DNA from: the human T2T-CHM13v2.0 reference genome, Homo sapiens
Assembly: GCF_009914755.1 (NCBI RefSeq)
Contig: NC_060939.1
Length of the DNA: 64,000 nt
Direction: 5' to 3' (one strand)
Both the position numbers and the translations under genes were made by a program. Below are positions 48,590-63,365 of the stretch, piece after piece (the stretch's first letter is position 1; the number at the start of each line of letters is the position of its first letter). The notes beneath the pieces are model-generated. The model saw only the letters and a program-made list of their open reading frames with translations, was not told where the DNA came from and searched no databases.

Positions 48590-49610
48590 CCCCGAAAATC
48601 TTGAAGGCCTTTCCCCTTCCCCGCCCGGGCTCAAACAACAGCCGGAGACGCCCTGCCACGCCCCGTCGCGGTCCCGGGGAGCAGGCTGGCTGACTGAGGG
48701 CGACCATGGGCCCCGAAAGGGCTGCGGGCGACGCGGGCTCCCACCTCGGGGCGCGGTGACTGGGGCGAGAGGTGCCGGCAGCCCCCAAGCCAGCCCCGCA
48801 GCAAGGAGCCAGAGAGACGCGCCCTCCCCCTCCTCCCACCCAAGCCTCCCGCAGTCCCGGCGATCGGGGCCAGGCCAGTCGCGGGAGAAAGGTGCGCGCT
48901 CACCCGGCCCGGGGAACCGGGGCCTCTCCTGGGCAGGTTCCCCTTTGTCCCGGGACTCCGGGCTCTTCCTCTCCGCCCTCGCCCTGCCGTGTGAAGCCGC
49001 CGCTGGGCGCCTCACCGTGATGTTGCAGTGGAGCCTGAGCTGCCGCGGCGGCTCCTGGTTCTTGTGGAAAATAGAGGACAACAACTTCAGCTTGGCCTTG
49101 AACCCTGACACGGACATTTTACTCTCACCTCTGGCGGGAGGGGCGCGGAAGGTGAGCCGGTCGGGAGCCGCTGTCATGGCCGCGACCACCCGCGGGACCT
49201 CTCGGCGGCGCTCTCGCGGCTCCGCCTCTCCCCGCTGCCTCAACTCTAGTCGGAGTAGGGCTGGAAAATGGCAAGGGGCACCGAGGCCTCTGCGGGGAGC
49301 TGTGTGGCGGCCTGGGCGGCTGCTCCCCTTGTAACAGACTCCACCGACAGGAGGCGCTCCTCCTGTCAAGCCACAGCTTAAAAGGACAACAGCACCACCG
49401 CCCCCGCTACCGCCTGGGAAAGGGCTGCCCCTACCCCGCTCCCGTCCCTCTCGTCCCTCACCCCTCACCCCTCACCTCTCACCCCCGCGCGCCCGGTGCG
49501 CACCCGTTTCGGCGGGTGCACGAGTCCAGAGCATGTGCGCGCTTCCGGCTGCCCCCTCCTGGCTTTGACCCAGCACTGCTGGACCCATCTAGTCCGTTCC
49601 TCACACTCGC
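48590..49610. promoter_or_regulatory. CpG island / promoter of the UBE2Q2-like gene, possibly bidirectional
   Basis: Very GC-rich with many retained CpGs, in contrast to the CpG-depleted flanks; contains exon 1. Confidence 0.88.
49016..49117 (-). pseudogene. UBE2Q2-like coding exon 1 (MSVSGFKAKLKLLSSIFHKNQEPPRQLRLHCNIT)
   Basis: ATG at 49117-49115 and donor ACG|GTGAGG. Matches the recalled UBE2Q2 N-terminus [22 protein letters not shown]...LTLHCNIT with an internal in-frame deletion. Confidence 0.93.
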
Positions 49611-49688
49611 GGACTGGAAGCTCCAGGCTGCACAACCACCAACTGGTGTGTGTGTATTTAGGGGCGGGGGGAGGTACAAAACCACCAA

Positions 49689-49691
<3 letters not shown>

Positions 49692-49749
<58 letters not shown>
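49692..49749. repeat. (GT)n microsatellite, about 29 units
   Basis: Directly visible; uninterrupted. Confidence 0.97.
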
Positions 49750-49750
<1 letters not shown>

Positions 49751-50252
49751 TCCCAAGGGAACAGCACTGCTGAGTTCAGGCTATCAGCTCATGGACTGTC
49801 AGCAAAATACAGTCACAAGAAGGCTATGTGCTGTTTTGTCTTTTGCAGTGATGTCATGTTGCTCATGTTTTATGTTTTTCAGAGTTCATTAGTTTCTTTT
49901 TGTTCTCAGTAATATCCAGCTCAATAGATTGTGTAAGTAGAATACCCCCAAACTGAAAGTCACCTACATAAAATATAGTGAAAAATATGTCACCCACTTA
50001 AACTATAGTTGAAAATATGTACTCATTAGTTTTGTGTAGCCAACACTGGATAATGGGTAAGGAAGGGCACAGGATCCCAGGGCTAGACTGCCTGGGTTCA
50101 AGTTCCGATTTAGCTGCTTGCTGGCTGTGAAATGCTTGACAGCTTTAAGCCTCAGTTTCTTTTTTTTTTTTTAACTTAATCCCAAATGTGATAGTAAGTC
50201 TCAGTTTCTTGATCTGAAAAACAGAAATTATTCAATGAGAGTCCATGTGAAA

Positions 50253-50375
50253 ACTTTAAAGTTTTAAAGCCACTTTCTGGCTCAGGAAAGTCCTCAGCTT
50301 TAGCTGTTAAAGTTTTAAAAGCCACTTTAAAGTTTTAAAGCCACTGCCTGGCTCAGGAAAGCCCTCAGCTTTAGC
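50253..50375. repeat. Local 52-bp direct duplication
   Basis: 50253-50304 and 50324-50375 are near-identical. Confidence 0.9.
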
Positions 50376-51721
50376 CATTATTAGCTATGATTATTATTGT
50401 GCTGGCTACACATGCATTAATGAGGCAGGAAAATGCTCAAGGATAACAACCAAGTATCCAAATTATCTCATCAGACCGAAACAGATGCATATGTTTGCAT
50501 GCTCATGTTTTAGCTCAGAGCCATTTGTCTAAAAGACTCTTGAACTCAGGGGTCCAGGCAGTATCAACTTTACTTTGCAGTGAAGCCATCACGTTTGTTA
50601 ATCAATGAAAACGACATAATGCTCTTTTTTTTTTTTTTTTTTTTTAGCACCAACCATGTGCCTAAAGCTAACTGTGTCAAAAAGAGCATGCTTCGAGGGG
50701 CTGGAGTGAGCAATTCAACTTGTGGAGAAATAAGAAATAATAGTGTTGAGACAAGAAACATAAAACCGCAGGGTAAGGTAGGAATCACTGAAGGTCAGGC
50801 AAAGGAACTGGCATCCAGTAATGAGTCAGGCTTTGACGGCCTGTGGCCCTACAGATGGCTCTTTGGAGAGGAAAAAATTAAGCCAGGCCTGAGGCCACAG
50901 ATCCTAAGGGACTGCTGGCAGCTCTAGGCTGTCTATGGAAGAGAAGCAGAGGGTGGCACCTGGTTGAAAGAGGGAGCTGGGGGGCATGGCTTGAGCCCGC
51001 ATTTACAGATAGAGTCCCCTGATTCCTGCAACTGGGGAAGAAGAGCATGCCTGGATCAGGGGACCTCAAATCAGAACTCTTCCCACCCACACCCCTTCTT
51101 TTCAGGGCATCTTTCACTGCAAACAACAGATAAACTAGTTAGAAAGCTCAGCAGATTCTCAGGATGGTGCCTAGCGGGCAGGGCCTAGCTACCCTTTGAC
51201 AGTGACTGAGGGTGATGCCACAGGCCCGTAAGCACACATTGGAAAATCTTTACATCCATGGACACGCCATGCCCCACAGAGACAGCTGTGCAGGGTTCTT
51301 TAGGTTTGGGGTGCTCTGCTGGCAGTTGCCTTATAAATATATAGGATTAAAATGGGATGCCCTGGAGCTTAGCTAACCTTTACACCCCACTCTAAAAGGA
51401 ACGGACTGCTAGTTTTGTCTGCTTTATAAAAGATGGATCTGTCATTGTTTTTAGAACTTTTGGAGAAAGATTTCTTGGGAGGAAGCTATCCTGAACGCTT
51501 AGAGACTTTTCTCATTTACTGGCACACCAGCTTTAGAGTCCTAGGTCTTCATCCTGGCTCAGCCACCCTCCAGCTGTGTGAACTTTGAGAAGTTGCTTGA
51601 CTACACTGAGTCTCGTTGTCACTATGAGTGGAGGTTGCTACGTTGCTACTGTGTGGAGCACCTACCCCCAAGCACTCTTATAAGGTGATGGTGAAGATTA
51701 AATGAAATAATACGGCTCAAG

Positions 51722-52305
<584 letters not shown>

Positions 52306-53096
52306 GAAATAATGCACACAATTACTACACTAGTACATGATCAGGCACATGATAAATGCTCAATAAATGGTAGCCCCAATAAGCTTTGTAATGTTTTGGG
52401 AAAGGGTGTCCTTTGGACTCAGCCCAGTGACAGAAGCATTTGAAAAGACTGATTTGTATGATGGCTATTTCCTCCAGGTACAAACCTGTACCTCCAGGGA
52501 CCCAGGGCATTGGCTCAGTGGGGCACCTTGTTCTATTTTCTCTTGTTTTGGGCAGCACTGATTGCCCTAGGGCTAATCAGGACTGCCACCCCAGACTCCA
52601 TTGCCAAGAGTATCCCCCTCCCCAAGCTAGCCATGGGAAAGCCACTTGCATCCTAAGACTACTGGAAATCAAAGGGAATAAAAAGCACAATTTAGTCGCT
52701 CACTCTCCAGCTGATGGGAAATAGGTTTTTGCTATTTTGAACAGAGCTGTTAGGAACATTCCTTGTCCACATCCCCTGTTTTATATTGTTTTATATAGGC
52801 AAGAATTTCTTTTGGATGTAGAGTAGAATTGCTGAGCTGGGAGGAGTATGAATATTCAGCCTTATGAGATGGAGCCAAATTGTTTTCCAAAGTGGTTATA
52901 CCAGTGTATACTCCCAGCAGCAGTTCTTAAGAGATCTCAGGATCTCTATCTTCTGGTGATGTCACAACATACAAAAAGAATGAATGCCAGCTATAAACAA
53001 CAATAAGGATGAATCTTAGCAATATAATATTAAGTGAAAAAAAACAAGTTCCAGAAGGATGCATACAGCATCCTCTATATAGCTTGGAAAAGAAAA

Positions 53097-54174
<1,078 letters not shown>

Positions 54175-54791
54175 TTAAAAACCCTAAAACTGTTGTACGT
54201 TATTTTCCTCCAGAAATTCTACTTCTATGAATTAAATCCAAAAATGCTTGCTCTAATCCACTAAAAATATACATATAAGAAAATTTATTTCTGGGGTGGC
54301 AATGATTAAGTTAATATACATCGAGCTATTAAAAATGATGATGCTAAGGATAGATTTACTGCCATAGAAATATGCCTAAAACATAGTGACAAAAGACTAT
54401 ATAATGATTCTACTTTTTAAAATGTGTATATGCATAAAAAAGTATAAAAAGCAACAAGGCAGAATGTTTTGAGTGGCAAAATTAAAGACTTTTCTTCATA
54501 TTTTGTCTTCCAAATTATTAGAAAAAGAATATGATTTTCTTTATAATCAGGGAGAAGTATTATTTTCATTTATTTCTATTTAAATTTATTTTCTTTTCCT
54601 TATTTTTTCTCATCTATGTATCACATAGTCTAGAAAGCTTGAATCCCTGCCTCTTGAGATAAATCAGCCCATTTCTTTCTCTATAAATTTGCCTTTTTTG
54701 GACATTTCAAATCAATGGAATTATACAATATGTGGTCTCGTGTCTGGCTTTTTTACTTAGCTAATGTTTTTGAGGTTGGTCCATGACATAT

Positions 54792-55133
54792 TGTAGCAGG
54801 ATGAGCTGCAGACAAAACTCCTCAGACACCAGGTTAAAAAAGGAAGGAGCTTTATTCAGCTGGGAGCTTCTGCAGACTTGCATCTCAAAAGCCAAGCTCC
54901 CCAAGTAAGCAATGACTGTCCCTTTTAAGGGCTTACAACTCTAAGGGGGTCTGTGTGAGAGGGTCGTGATCAATTGAGGAAGCAGGGGGTATGTGACTGG
55001 GGGCTGCATGCACCAGTAATTGGAATGGAACAGAACAGGACAGGGATTTTCACAATGCTTTTCCATACAATGTCTGGAATCTATAGATAACACAAGCAGT
55101 TAGGTCAGGGGTTGATTTTTAACTACCAGGCCC
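54792..55133 (-). mobile_element. LTR2 (HERV-E/Harlequin-type) solo LTR, 5' end missing
   Basis: Antisense match to the recalled LTR2 3' end (...gtctgaggagttttgtctgcagctcatcctgctaca); stops abruptly at ggcctggtagtt. Confidence 0.8.
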
Positions 55134-55137
55134 CCAA

Positions 55138-55429
55138 TTTTTTTTTTTGAGATGGAGTCTCACTCTGTTGCCCAGGCTGGAATGCAGTGGTGGGATCTCA
55201 GCTCACTGCAAGCTCCGCCTTCCAGGTTCATGCCATTCTTTTGCCTCAGCCTTCTGAGTAGCTGGGACTACAGGTGCCTGCCACCACGCCCAGCTAATTT
55301 TTTGTATTTTTAGTAGAGTCGGGGTTTCACCGTGTTAGCCAAGGTAGTCTTGATCTCCTGACCTTGTGATCTGCCCACCTCAGCCTCCCGAAGTGCTGGG
55401 ATTACAGGCATGAGCTACCACACCCGGCT
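55138..55429 (-). mobile_element. AluY
   Basis: AluY diagnostics; no obvious TSD. Confidence 0.92.
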
Positions 55430-56378
55430 GATATTGAAATTAACGTTTTGCTTTCTTCTTGCATCTATTTTTCACTTCTCTGACATTTTGATGGATAAAG
55501 TTTCATTTGGAAGGATTTTTATTTCAAAATAGAAATAGCATATAACATGAGAATGGGAACTCTGAAAGGTTCAACTTTCTAGTCATTAGTTTCCTAAGAT
55601 TGTCATGAAAGCCACATATAGTCAATCATGATTGGCCTGTATTAAAAGTGAGATAACATCATGTACAACTTAAGCACTGTACTTTCTATCAGATATAGAA
55701 AAATAGGTGGTGTGTTTGGAAAAGTATTGGGCTAGGAGTCAGGAAGCTTGACTGTTAGTCCCAACCCTCCTTCTTCAGCTGAGCACCCCTAGGCAATAAT
55801 TCAGCAGCTATTTCTTAAATACCTAATGAGTTTCAGGCTTTGTAGTTGGGCTGGGAATAAAGATATAGATATTGCTTTCATGATTCTCCAAGGCTCCCCT
55901 CCTCACCCCAACTCACAGTGAGCTTTCTTATGCATTGTGTAAATTTGTCTCCTAACAGGTCCCAACTCTCTCTCCAACCTGCTTCCCAGGGAAGTTGTGA
56001 GGATCAAATGAGAGAGAATATGTATGAAAGCAAATTCTAAATGATTTTAAAATGCAATAAAATATGACCTATGGAAAATTATTTAAAGATCCTTAGAATT
56101 TTAAATAAACAGTACATTAACCTGAGTTCTCTATGGTTTTTATTTTAAATAGATATGAAAGTTTTACAATGAACCACTGATATGGTTGAAAAACTTAGCT
56201 TGATTATTCTCCAAGAAAATGATACAGTGGTTTGTCTGGTGAATTTTCTAAAATTGCCAGCCAAATAAAACCAAAACCTCTTTTGAGTTGAGTGACTGGA
56301 TCAGTCAAAGGAACATTGACTGTGTAATGGAGAAATGTTTTCTGTGTTCACTGACAGCTTGCCGTTGTTTGATTCCAG

Positions 56379-56552
56379 CTGCAGCATATCATGAGTGATG
56401 AGATCTGTGTACAGGTGACTGACCTTTACCTGGCAGAAAATAATAATGGGGCCACCGGAGGCCAGCCGAACACACAGAACTCAAGAAGCCTCCTGGAGTC
56501 AACGTATCCACAGAAAGCCAAGCAGCTAATGTCAGATGAGAAATGCTTTAAG
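56379..56552 (+). pseudogene. SIN3A: Isolated duplicated SIN3A exon ([58 protein letters not shown])
   Basis: Close match to the recalled SIN3A C-terminal-region peptide [58 protein letters not shown]. Branch-like CTGAC, TTCCAG| acceptor and AAG|GTGAGA donor; 174 nt, phase 0-0, open. This is a fragment, not the SIN3A gene. Confidence 0.9.
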
Positions 56553-56908
56553 GTGAGAGTTGCTCATGTAGTCAAAGACCTTGCTGGTGACAATGTAAGT
56601 TGTTAGGATTCTCTGAATCGGAAGTTATAGCCAGGGTACTTTGACCCCGTGATTCTACTCCTGGAACTTTTTAGAGTTCCTAATGAGTTCACCAGAGAAA
56701 TACAAAGTGGAAGTAACCATCTTCCTGGACAATCTATTTTGTTTCTTTCTTGCCTTAAAAAAAAAAAACTAGTTATATATGATTTTTACAATTTTGTATT
56801 CTTCTTTTTCCCTGAACATTTTTCATAATATGCTTTGTATCTCTTATTGTTAAAAAAAAAAGTTGGTACATGAAACCCATGGTCGTGGTCATTATAGAAA
56901 AAAAAGTA

Positions 56909-57210
56909 GGCCTGGCACACTTGGCTCACACTTGTAATCCCAGCACTCTGGCAGGCCGAGATGGGTAGATCGCTTGAGACCAGCTTGGGCAATGCAGCAA
57001 AACCCCATCTTTGCAAAAAATACAAGAATACAAAAATTAGCCAGGTGTGGTGGCATGCGCCTCTAGTCCCAGCTACTCAGGAGACAGAGGTGGGAGAATT
57101 GCTTAAGCCTGGGAGGTCAAGGTTGCAGTGAGCCCTGATCATATCACTATGTTCCAGCCTGGGTGACAGAGTAAGACCCTATCTCAAAAAAACAAAACAA
57201 AACAAAAAAT
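56909..57210 (+). mobile_element. AluJ
   Basis: Diverged dimer. Confidence 0.88.
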
Positions 57211-57334
57211 GCAGATAACCAAAAAAAGTCACCTTAGAATTCTTTCCTGAAATTACCATTGATGACATTTCTAGACTTTCCTGTGCTTGAGTATATATTT
57301 TGAAAGAGTTTATACTGGACAAATGGTCTTTCAC

Positions 57335-58252
57335 TTTATTTATTTATTTATTTATTTAGAGACAGGGTCAGGCTCTGTTGCACAGGCTGGAGTGCAGTGG
57401 TATGATCCTGGCTCACTGCAACCGTGCCTCCTGGGTTCAAGTGATCATCGTGCCTCAGCCACCCTAGTAGTTGGAATTACATGGGCCACCACACTGGCTA
57501 ATTTTTGTATTTTTAGCAGAGATGTGTGTCAGATCCCAGGGTCCAGGTCCAGCCCATGGTGAAGTCTGAGGGGAGTGGGTGGGTGAGCAGAAAGAACAAT
57601 CGGGGGGCCATAGGCAGGTGAAAGATAGTTTTATTCAGCGGCAGCTCTCATTAACAGCTTTCTTACACTAGCTCTCTTATTAGCAGCTTACTCTTCCACT
57701 GTTCGCCTGTCTCAGCAGCTTGAGCCAGCTGCCCCTACACATAGCTGCGCAGCCAGCTCTCTCTTGCCTTCAGGGTCAGCAGCTTAACTCCTTCTCTCTC
57801 TGGGCATGAGCAAGCCCAGCTGTGTCCTGGCTCCCTCCCATCTGCCTGCAAGATGGACAGCTTTGGCTCTCTCTTTCTCTGGGTGCCAGTGTGCTCATCA
57901 TGTCAAGCCATGTTAAGCCAAACTGAGCCAAGCCCCGAAGAGCCATGTCTCTTATGCACGGCATCAACAGGGCAGTTATACCTTTTACAGACAATAGTGG
58001 CATAAAGCCAGGAATGAACTTACACAAACAGGTTATATTACAAGTGGAGCTGTGTGCTTGCACGCCAAACTCGTGAGTCACACAGGCCTAGATATCCACC
58101 TCGGCCTATTCCTTGACCAAAGCACATCTATGTACCTTACTATGTGGTTTTGTATGTTGGCCAGGCTGGTCTCAAACTCCTGAACTCAAGTGATCTGCCC
58201 GCTTCAGCCCCCAAGTGCTGGGATTACAGGTGTGAGCCACTGCATCTGACCG
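57335..58252 (-). mobile_element. AluJ split by an LTR
   Basis: Right arm 57335-57526; left arm resumes at ~58142-58252. Confidence 0.85.
57527..58141 (-). mobile_element. ERVL solo LTR (LTR18-like)
   Basis: Antisense start gtaaggtacatagatgtgctttggtcaaggaataggccgagg; 5-bp TSD ATGTG at 57522-57526 and 58142-58146. Confidence 0.8.
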
Positions 58253-59134
58253 GAAAGGATGTATTTTTGCTCAATTAGCAACACTTCTGGGTCTTTAATG
58301 TCTTTTCTATGGCTATTTGATATTCACTTTATAGAGAATTAATGCCTGTATTGTTGGACATTTAAGTTGTTTCCAAGTTTTCACCATTATAACTGTATTT
58401 GTGTGTATATATTATATTCTTGCCAGGCTGTAAGCTTTACTAGCAGAGAGGAAATTTTAAAGCTTTAAAAGAACGCTGAGCTAGATCTAGCTTCTGGCTC
58501 TGTGTGTTTATTGACCAGTGGTGTGCCTTGAGAAACCAGAACTCTCTGAATTTCAGTTTTGTCTCTGTGTAAATGAAGAAGGTTGTAATAAAAAAAATCT
58601 CAAGTTTCCTTCCAGGCTCTGATCTTCTCCATGTGATTCTGATAGTTACCTCCTCTGCAGAAAGCCATTAGGGTAACGGCACTGAGAATCTCAGGGTTCT
58701 GAAAGGGGAGATCCATGTGCCATCACCATTGATAGTTGTTTTGTGCAAAACATGTTTTGCTTGCCTCTATTGGTGTGTTGCTTTTAAGTACGGATTTTTT
58801 ATTTTTATCACCAGGCAGCCCCTGCAACATTTTTGGCAAAAAAATCATTCTCCCATAGCAGATTGTGCTTGTGACTTTGGGCCATGATGAGGCCATAGTC
58901 TGGTGTCAATGTGGGGCAGCAATAATGACACACCTCATCCTGCTGTAAGGCCTTGTTGGAGGCTCTTTGCCTAGTCTCCAGGCAAGGGGCAGCTGCCCTT
59001 CTCTTAGCAAGGAAAGAGGGCTACTTCTTTTAGCCCAGAGCATTCCGTGGAAACTGGAGGCTCAAAGTTCTCAGATGTATCCACTTAAGTTTCCCCATAC
59101 CAGCTATCAGGATCCTATTCCTCTCGTCTTGTCT

Positions 59135-59512
<378 letters not shown>

Positions 59513-61128
59513 CTCTCCTTTTCCTTAAGTAATTCTAAATAAAAACAAGACTAAATCATAAAATAAAATGTGTGTTTTTGGGGAAATGACACAAAACTTC
59601 CATGACACCTGACATTAAAATAGTTTATTTCTCGATTTCCTGCTGTGTGCATGTGTGTGTGTGCACCCTTGTCATTGGTTGACGCCCTATGTGTGTACTT
59701 GCTATAGCTACTGGGTCAATCTGCACAATGTCTGACTCCACAGTTTCCAGCAAACAAAAACTCTATATGGCCTAATTTTCAAGCAGTTGAGATTGAAGCA
59801 GCAGTCTCCTTCTGAATTTAATTTGAATTAAACTGCCAGGCCGTACTTGTGTGGGAAACTGACAATTTTCAGCAAGAAATTTCCAGGTGAGGCCTGTCAC
59901 CCTCCAGTGTAACTCTAGGGCCTGCATGGCAGGGAGACTGGCTTTGGCTGGAGGCTGGGTCAAAAGGCCTCTCCTGGAATGGCACATTCCCATCCCAGGG
60001 AGGGAGCTCTGTTGGGAGCAAGAGATGGACCAAGAAGACCCATCCATTAGGAAAGTGGCCCTTGGTCTGTGCAATTTTAATAGAGTGGGGAGCTTGGTGC
60101 AATAACCACTTCTGATGGGGAAACTAGTTGGAGACATGGGCATTCATTGTCTTTCCCATGTGTGCCCCACTGGGGCCCAAACTTGAGGGGTGAAAAGTTC
60201 CAGGAGACAGATCAAGAGTGGTGTACATGTCACAACTGCCCAGGCTGGGCTCCTCCCACCACCCATCGGTCCTGCCCTCTGGAACCCCGGGCAGGCGGGC
60301 AGGAACGCTTTTTGTGGTCTGGGCTTCTGGCCAGGATGTCTATGGCTTCCTAACACCCATGTGGGGCAGCCTAGTGTAAAGATCCTGAAAGTAGGAGAAC
60401 AGCAATTGATCAAGTGAACCCAAGATATGACTAAAACTCTCTGATGGCAAAGCCTTTGATGCTGAAGAGTCTGGCCCATAGAAAGATGGCCTTGAGCATG
60501 GCACCTCTGACCAAATCCCTTACTCTGACCTACTGAGCATATGGACCCAGCCCTGCTCACAGTCAGGGCTGAAGGAAGACCTCATGGAGTTTATGTGATA
60601 ACTGCACTTCCCGTGTGCCTGTTACAGCTGATTCCACCCACACTGTCCTCTGCCCTGGCCAGCCCAGCCCTGCCATGCCCTGCCATTGCAGTCAGGGCTC
60701 TTTGGGTGTGAGTGACAGAAAATTCACTCGAGTTGGCTTAGGCAAGAAGGGAAGTTCATTGCTCAGTAAGTTAGCCACGGGCAGGGCAGGGAACAGCTGG
60801 GCCTCAGGAATACCTGGACTCAGAGTCACCAGCACTGTCAAGATTTGCAGGCTCCTTCCCTTGTCTCTGTCTCCACCTCAGTCCGCAGATCAGTTTTGTG
60901 CTCTCAGAGCAACTTTCTTCACAAGGTTGGAATCAGGCTGTTGGCAGCATGAGGCTTCCATCTTCCTGGCTTTGCCCCTAAGAAAGGATGGGGCTCCTCT
61001 CCATTAGTTCCTATTCAGAAAATTCCAGAAGAAAGTTACTGCTTGGTCTGGTCTGGATTGGCTGGGTAGCTGGGACACTAGAACTGCCAAGCCCTCTAGT
61101 GTCATGTGGTTGAAGTAGGGCGGGGAGA

Positions 61129-61517
61129 TGTATTAGTCAGTTCAGGGTGCCATGCCACAATACCACAGACTGGGTGGCTTAAGCCACAAACATTTATTTC
61201 TCACAGTTCTAGAGGCTGGGAAATCCAAGACCAAAGTGCCAGCAAGGTAGGTTTCATTCTGTGGCCTCTCCTCTTGACCTGTAGGTGGCTGCCATATTGT
61301 ATGCTTACATGACCTCTTCTTTGTATTTGTGAGGAGAGAGAGAGTGAGTGAACTCTCTGGTGTCTCATCTTATAAGGACACTAATCCTACTGAATCAGGG
61401 CCCCACCCTTAGGACCTCATTTAACCTTAATGACTTCCTGAGATGCCTCATCTCCAAATGCAGCCACAGAGAGGGTTAGGGCTGGATTTGGAAGAGACAG
61501 AGACATTCAGTCCATGA
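61129..61517 (-). mobile_element. MaLR LTR (MLT1A-like)
   Basis: tgtattagtc...accacagactgggtggcttaa...cacagttctagaggctgg...acattcagtccat. Confidence 0.82.
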
Positions 61518-62029
61518 TGGAAAGAAAAACTATTCATGAAAAAACGGGTGCAGTAGCCAGAAAAGGGGAGACAAAACTACAGATGGTCTCCCCATTTCCC
61601 CCAATACACAATACACACACACACACACCCCTGCCTTTGCCCCTTCCCCACAAGGCCACTCCCCACCCCGTGATTATTTACCTCCCTCCTGTCCTGCTCT
61701 CTGGAGCTGCCCCTTCCCCTAAGTTGTCCTGTGGCTCACTGAATGCTGCATGCAGGTAGGTGCATGTAAATGCAGCCCGGAACTGGGGGCCTCCTGGACC
61801 ATGTGTGTCCTGAGCCCCACCATGGGACTGGGCAGGAAGTGGGTCTTACCCATGTCTCCTGTCCTCAGGCAGAGCCTAGCCCTGGGACATGAGCTCAGTG
61901 GGTGCTGCAGCTTTGTTGGATTCACCTCAGGCGCCCTTTCCCCATCCACTTATAAGGTACCCAGGGCCTTGATACCTCTGTCCTTGGAAGAAAAGAATGA
62001 GATTACCCAGCTCACATGAACCTGCTGGT

Positions 62030-62560
62030 GGCTTTCCACAATAGAAGGATATAATTTTCCAGTTCAAAGAGTCTACCGAGTGACTAGCATAGTGAATGAA
62101 GAAAGACCTACAACAAGGCACATCATTGGGAAATTCCAGAAAAGCAAGGATAGAGAGAAAATCCTAAAATCTTATAGAGAGAAAAGAGGTCATATATAAA
62201 GAGCCAAGACTCAGCATGACACTGACTTCTTCCCAACAACACTGGGAACTAGAAAATAATAGAGCAATATTTCCCAATGTGAGGAGAAGTTATGTTTAAA
62301 TTAGAGCATTATTTCCAGCCAAACTATTAATCAGGAGTTGGAGTAGAACAATGACATTTTAAAATATGTGGGGTCGGAAACTTGGCTTCCATTCACTCTG
62401 TCTCAGGAAGCCACTGGAAGATGTGCTGCAACACGGTGAGAGGATAAACCAAGGAAAAAGAAGATCTGGGGCCAGGGAACAGGAGATGCACACAGAAGAG
62501 GCAGCAGGAAATTCACACGATGGTGCAGAGACATGCCAGGATGCCAGCTGTGCCATGGGC
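62030..62560 (+). mobile_element. Ancient L1/HAL1 ORF1-like remnant
   Basis: gagaaaatcctaaaa...gacttcttcccaacaacactgg...ccagccaaacta motifs; similar degenerate pieces occur at ~31900-32700. Confidence 0.55.
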
Positions 62561-63061
62561 TGAGAGCCGAGTCCAGTTTGGAGCAGAAGGATGGAGTTCA
62601 AGGGAGAGAGAGAAGCCTCCAGGAAAATAATGGGGCTGATAGAGTATCCAGTGTATCTTAGTTTTTGGATAATTATCACTAGGCATTTGATAGATTGGTT
62701 GAAGCATCTGAAAAAATTGGTAGGTAATTGGTAAAAAATAAAAATAAAAATAAAGAAAAACATAAACAAATGAAGGGAAAAAGTCTACAGCAATTATTAA
62801 CTCTGGGGGAATAAAGGAAAGAAATGAAACAATTTCAGTGTGGAACTTGGGTTAGGGAACAATATTTACATAGCTATAAGAATGTAAATGCTTTTGATTT
62901 CATAAAATTGTGATCCAGTCAAATTGGTGTAATGGAGGCAAGGAAAGTAAGACCTCATAAGGAAGGTAAGCCCTATACTGTGCTATGCCAGGAATTGACA
63001 GATACTGAAGAAAACAAATCAAGAAATAGCAACATAAACATTCTTTAGAAATACAATGATA

Positions 63062-63365
<304 letters not shown>

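Noticed and set aside
48756-49334. 192-aa plus-strand ORF in the CpG island
   Set aside because: Antisense shadow of GC-rich sequence with no recognisable homology.
48482-49468. 328-aa minus-strand ORF across the CpG island
   Set aside because: Only 49117-49016 is UBE2Q2-like. The rest is GC-rich 5'UTR/intron read-through ending in an Alu, where stops are rare by composition.
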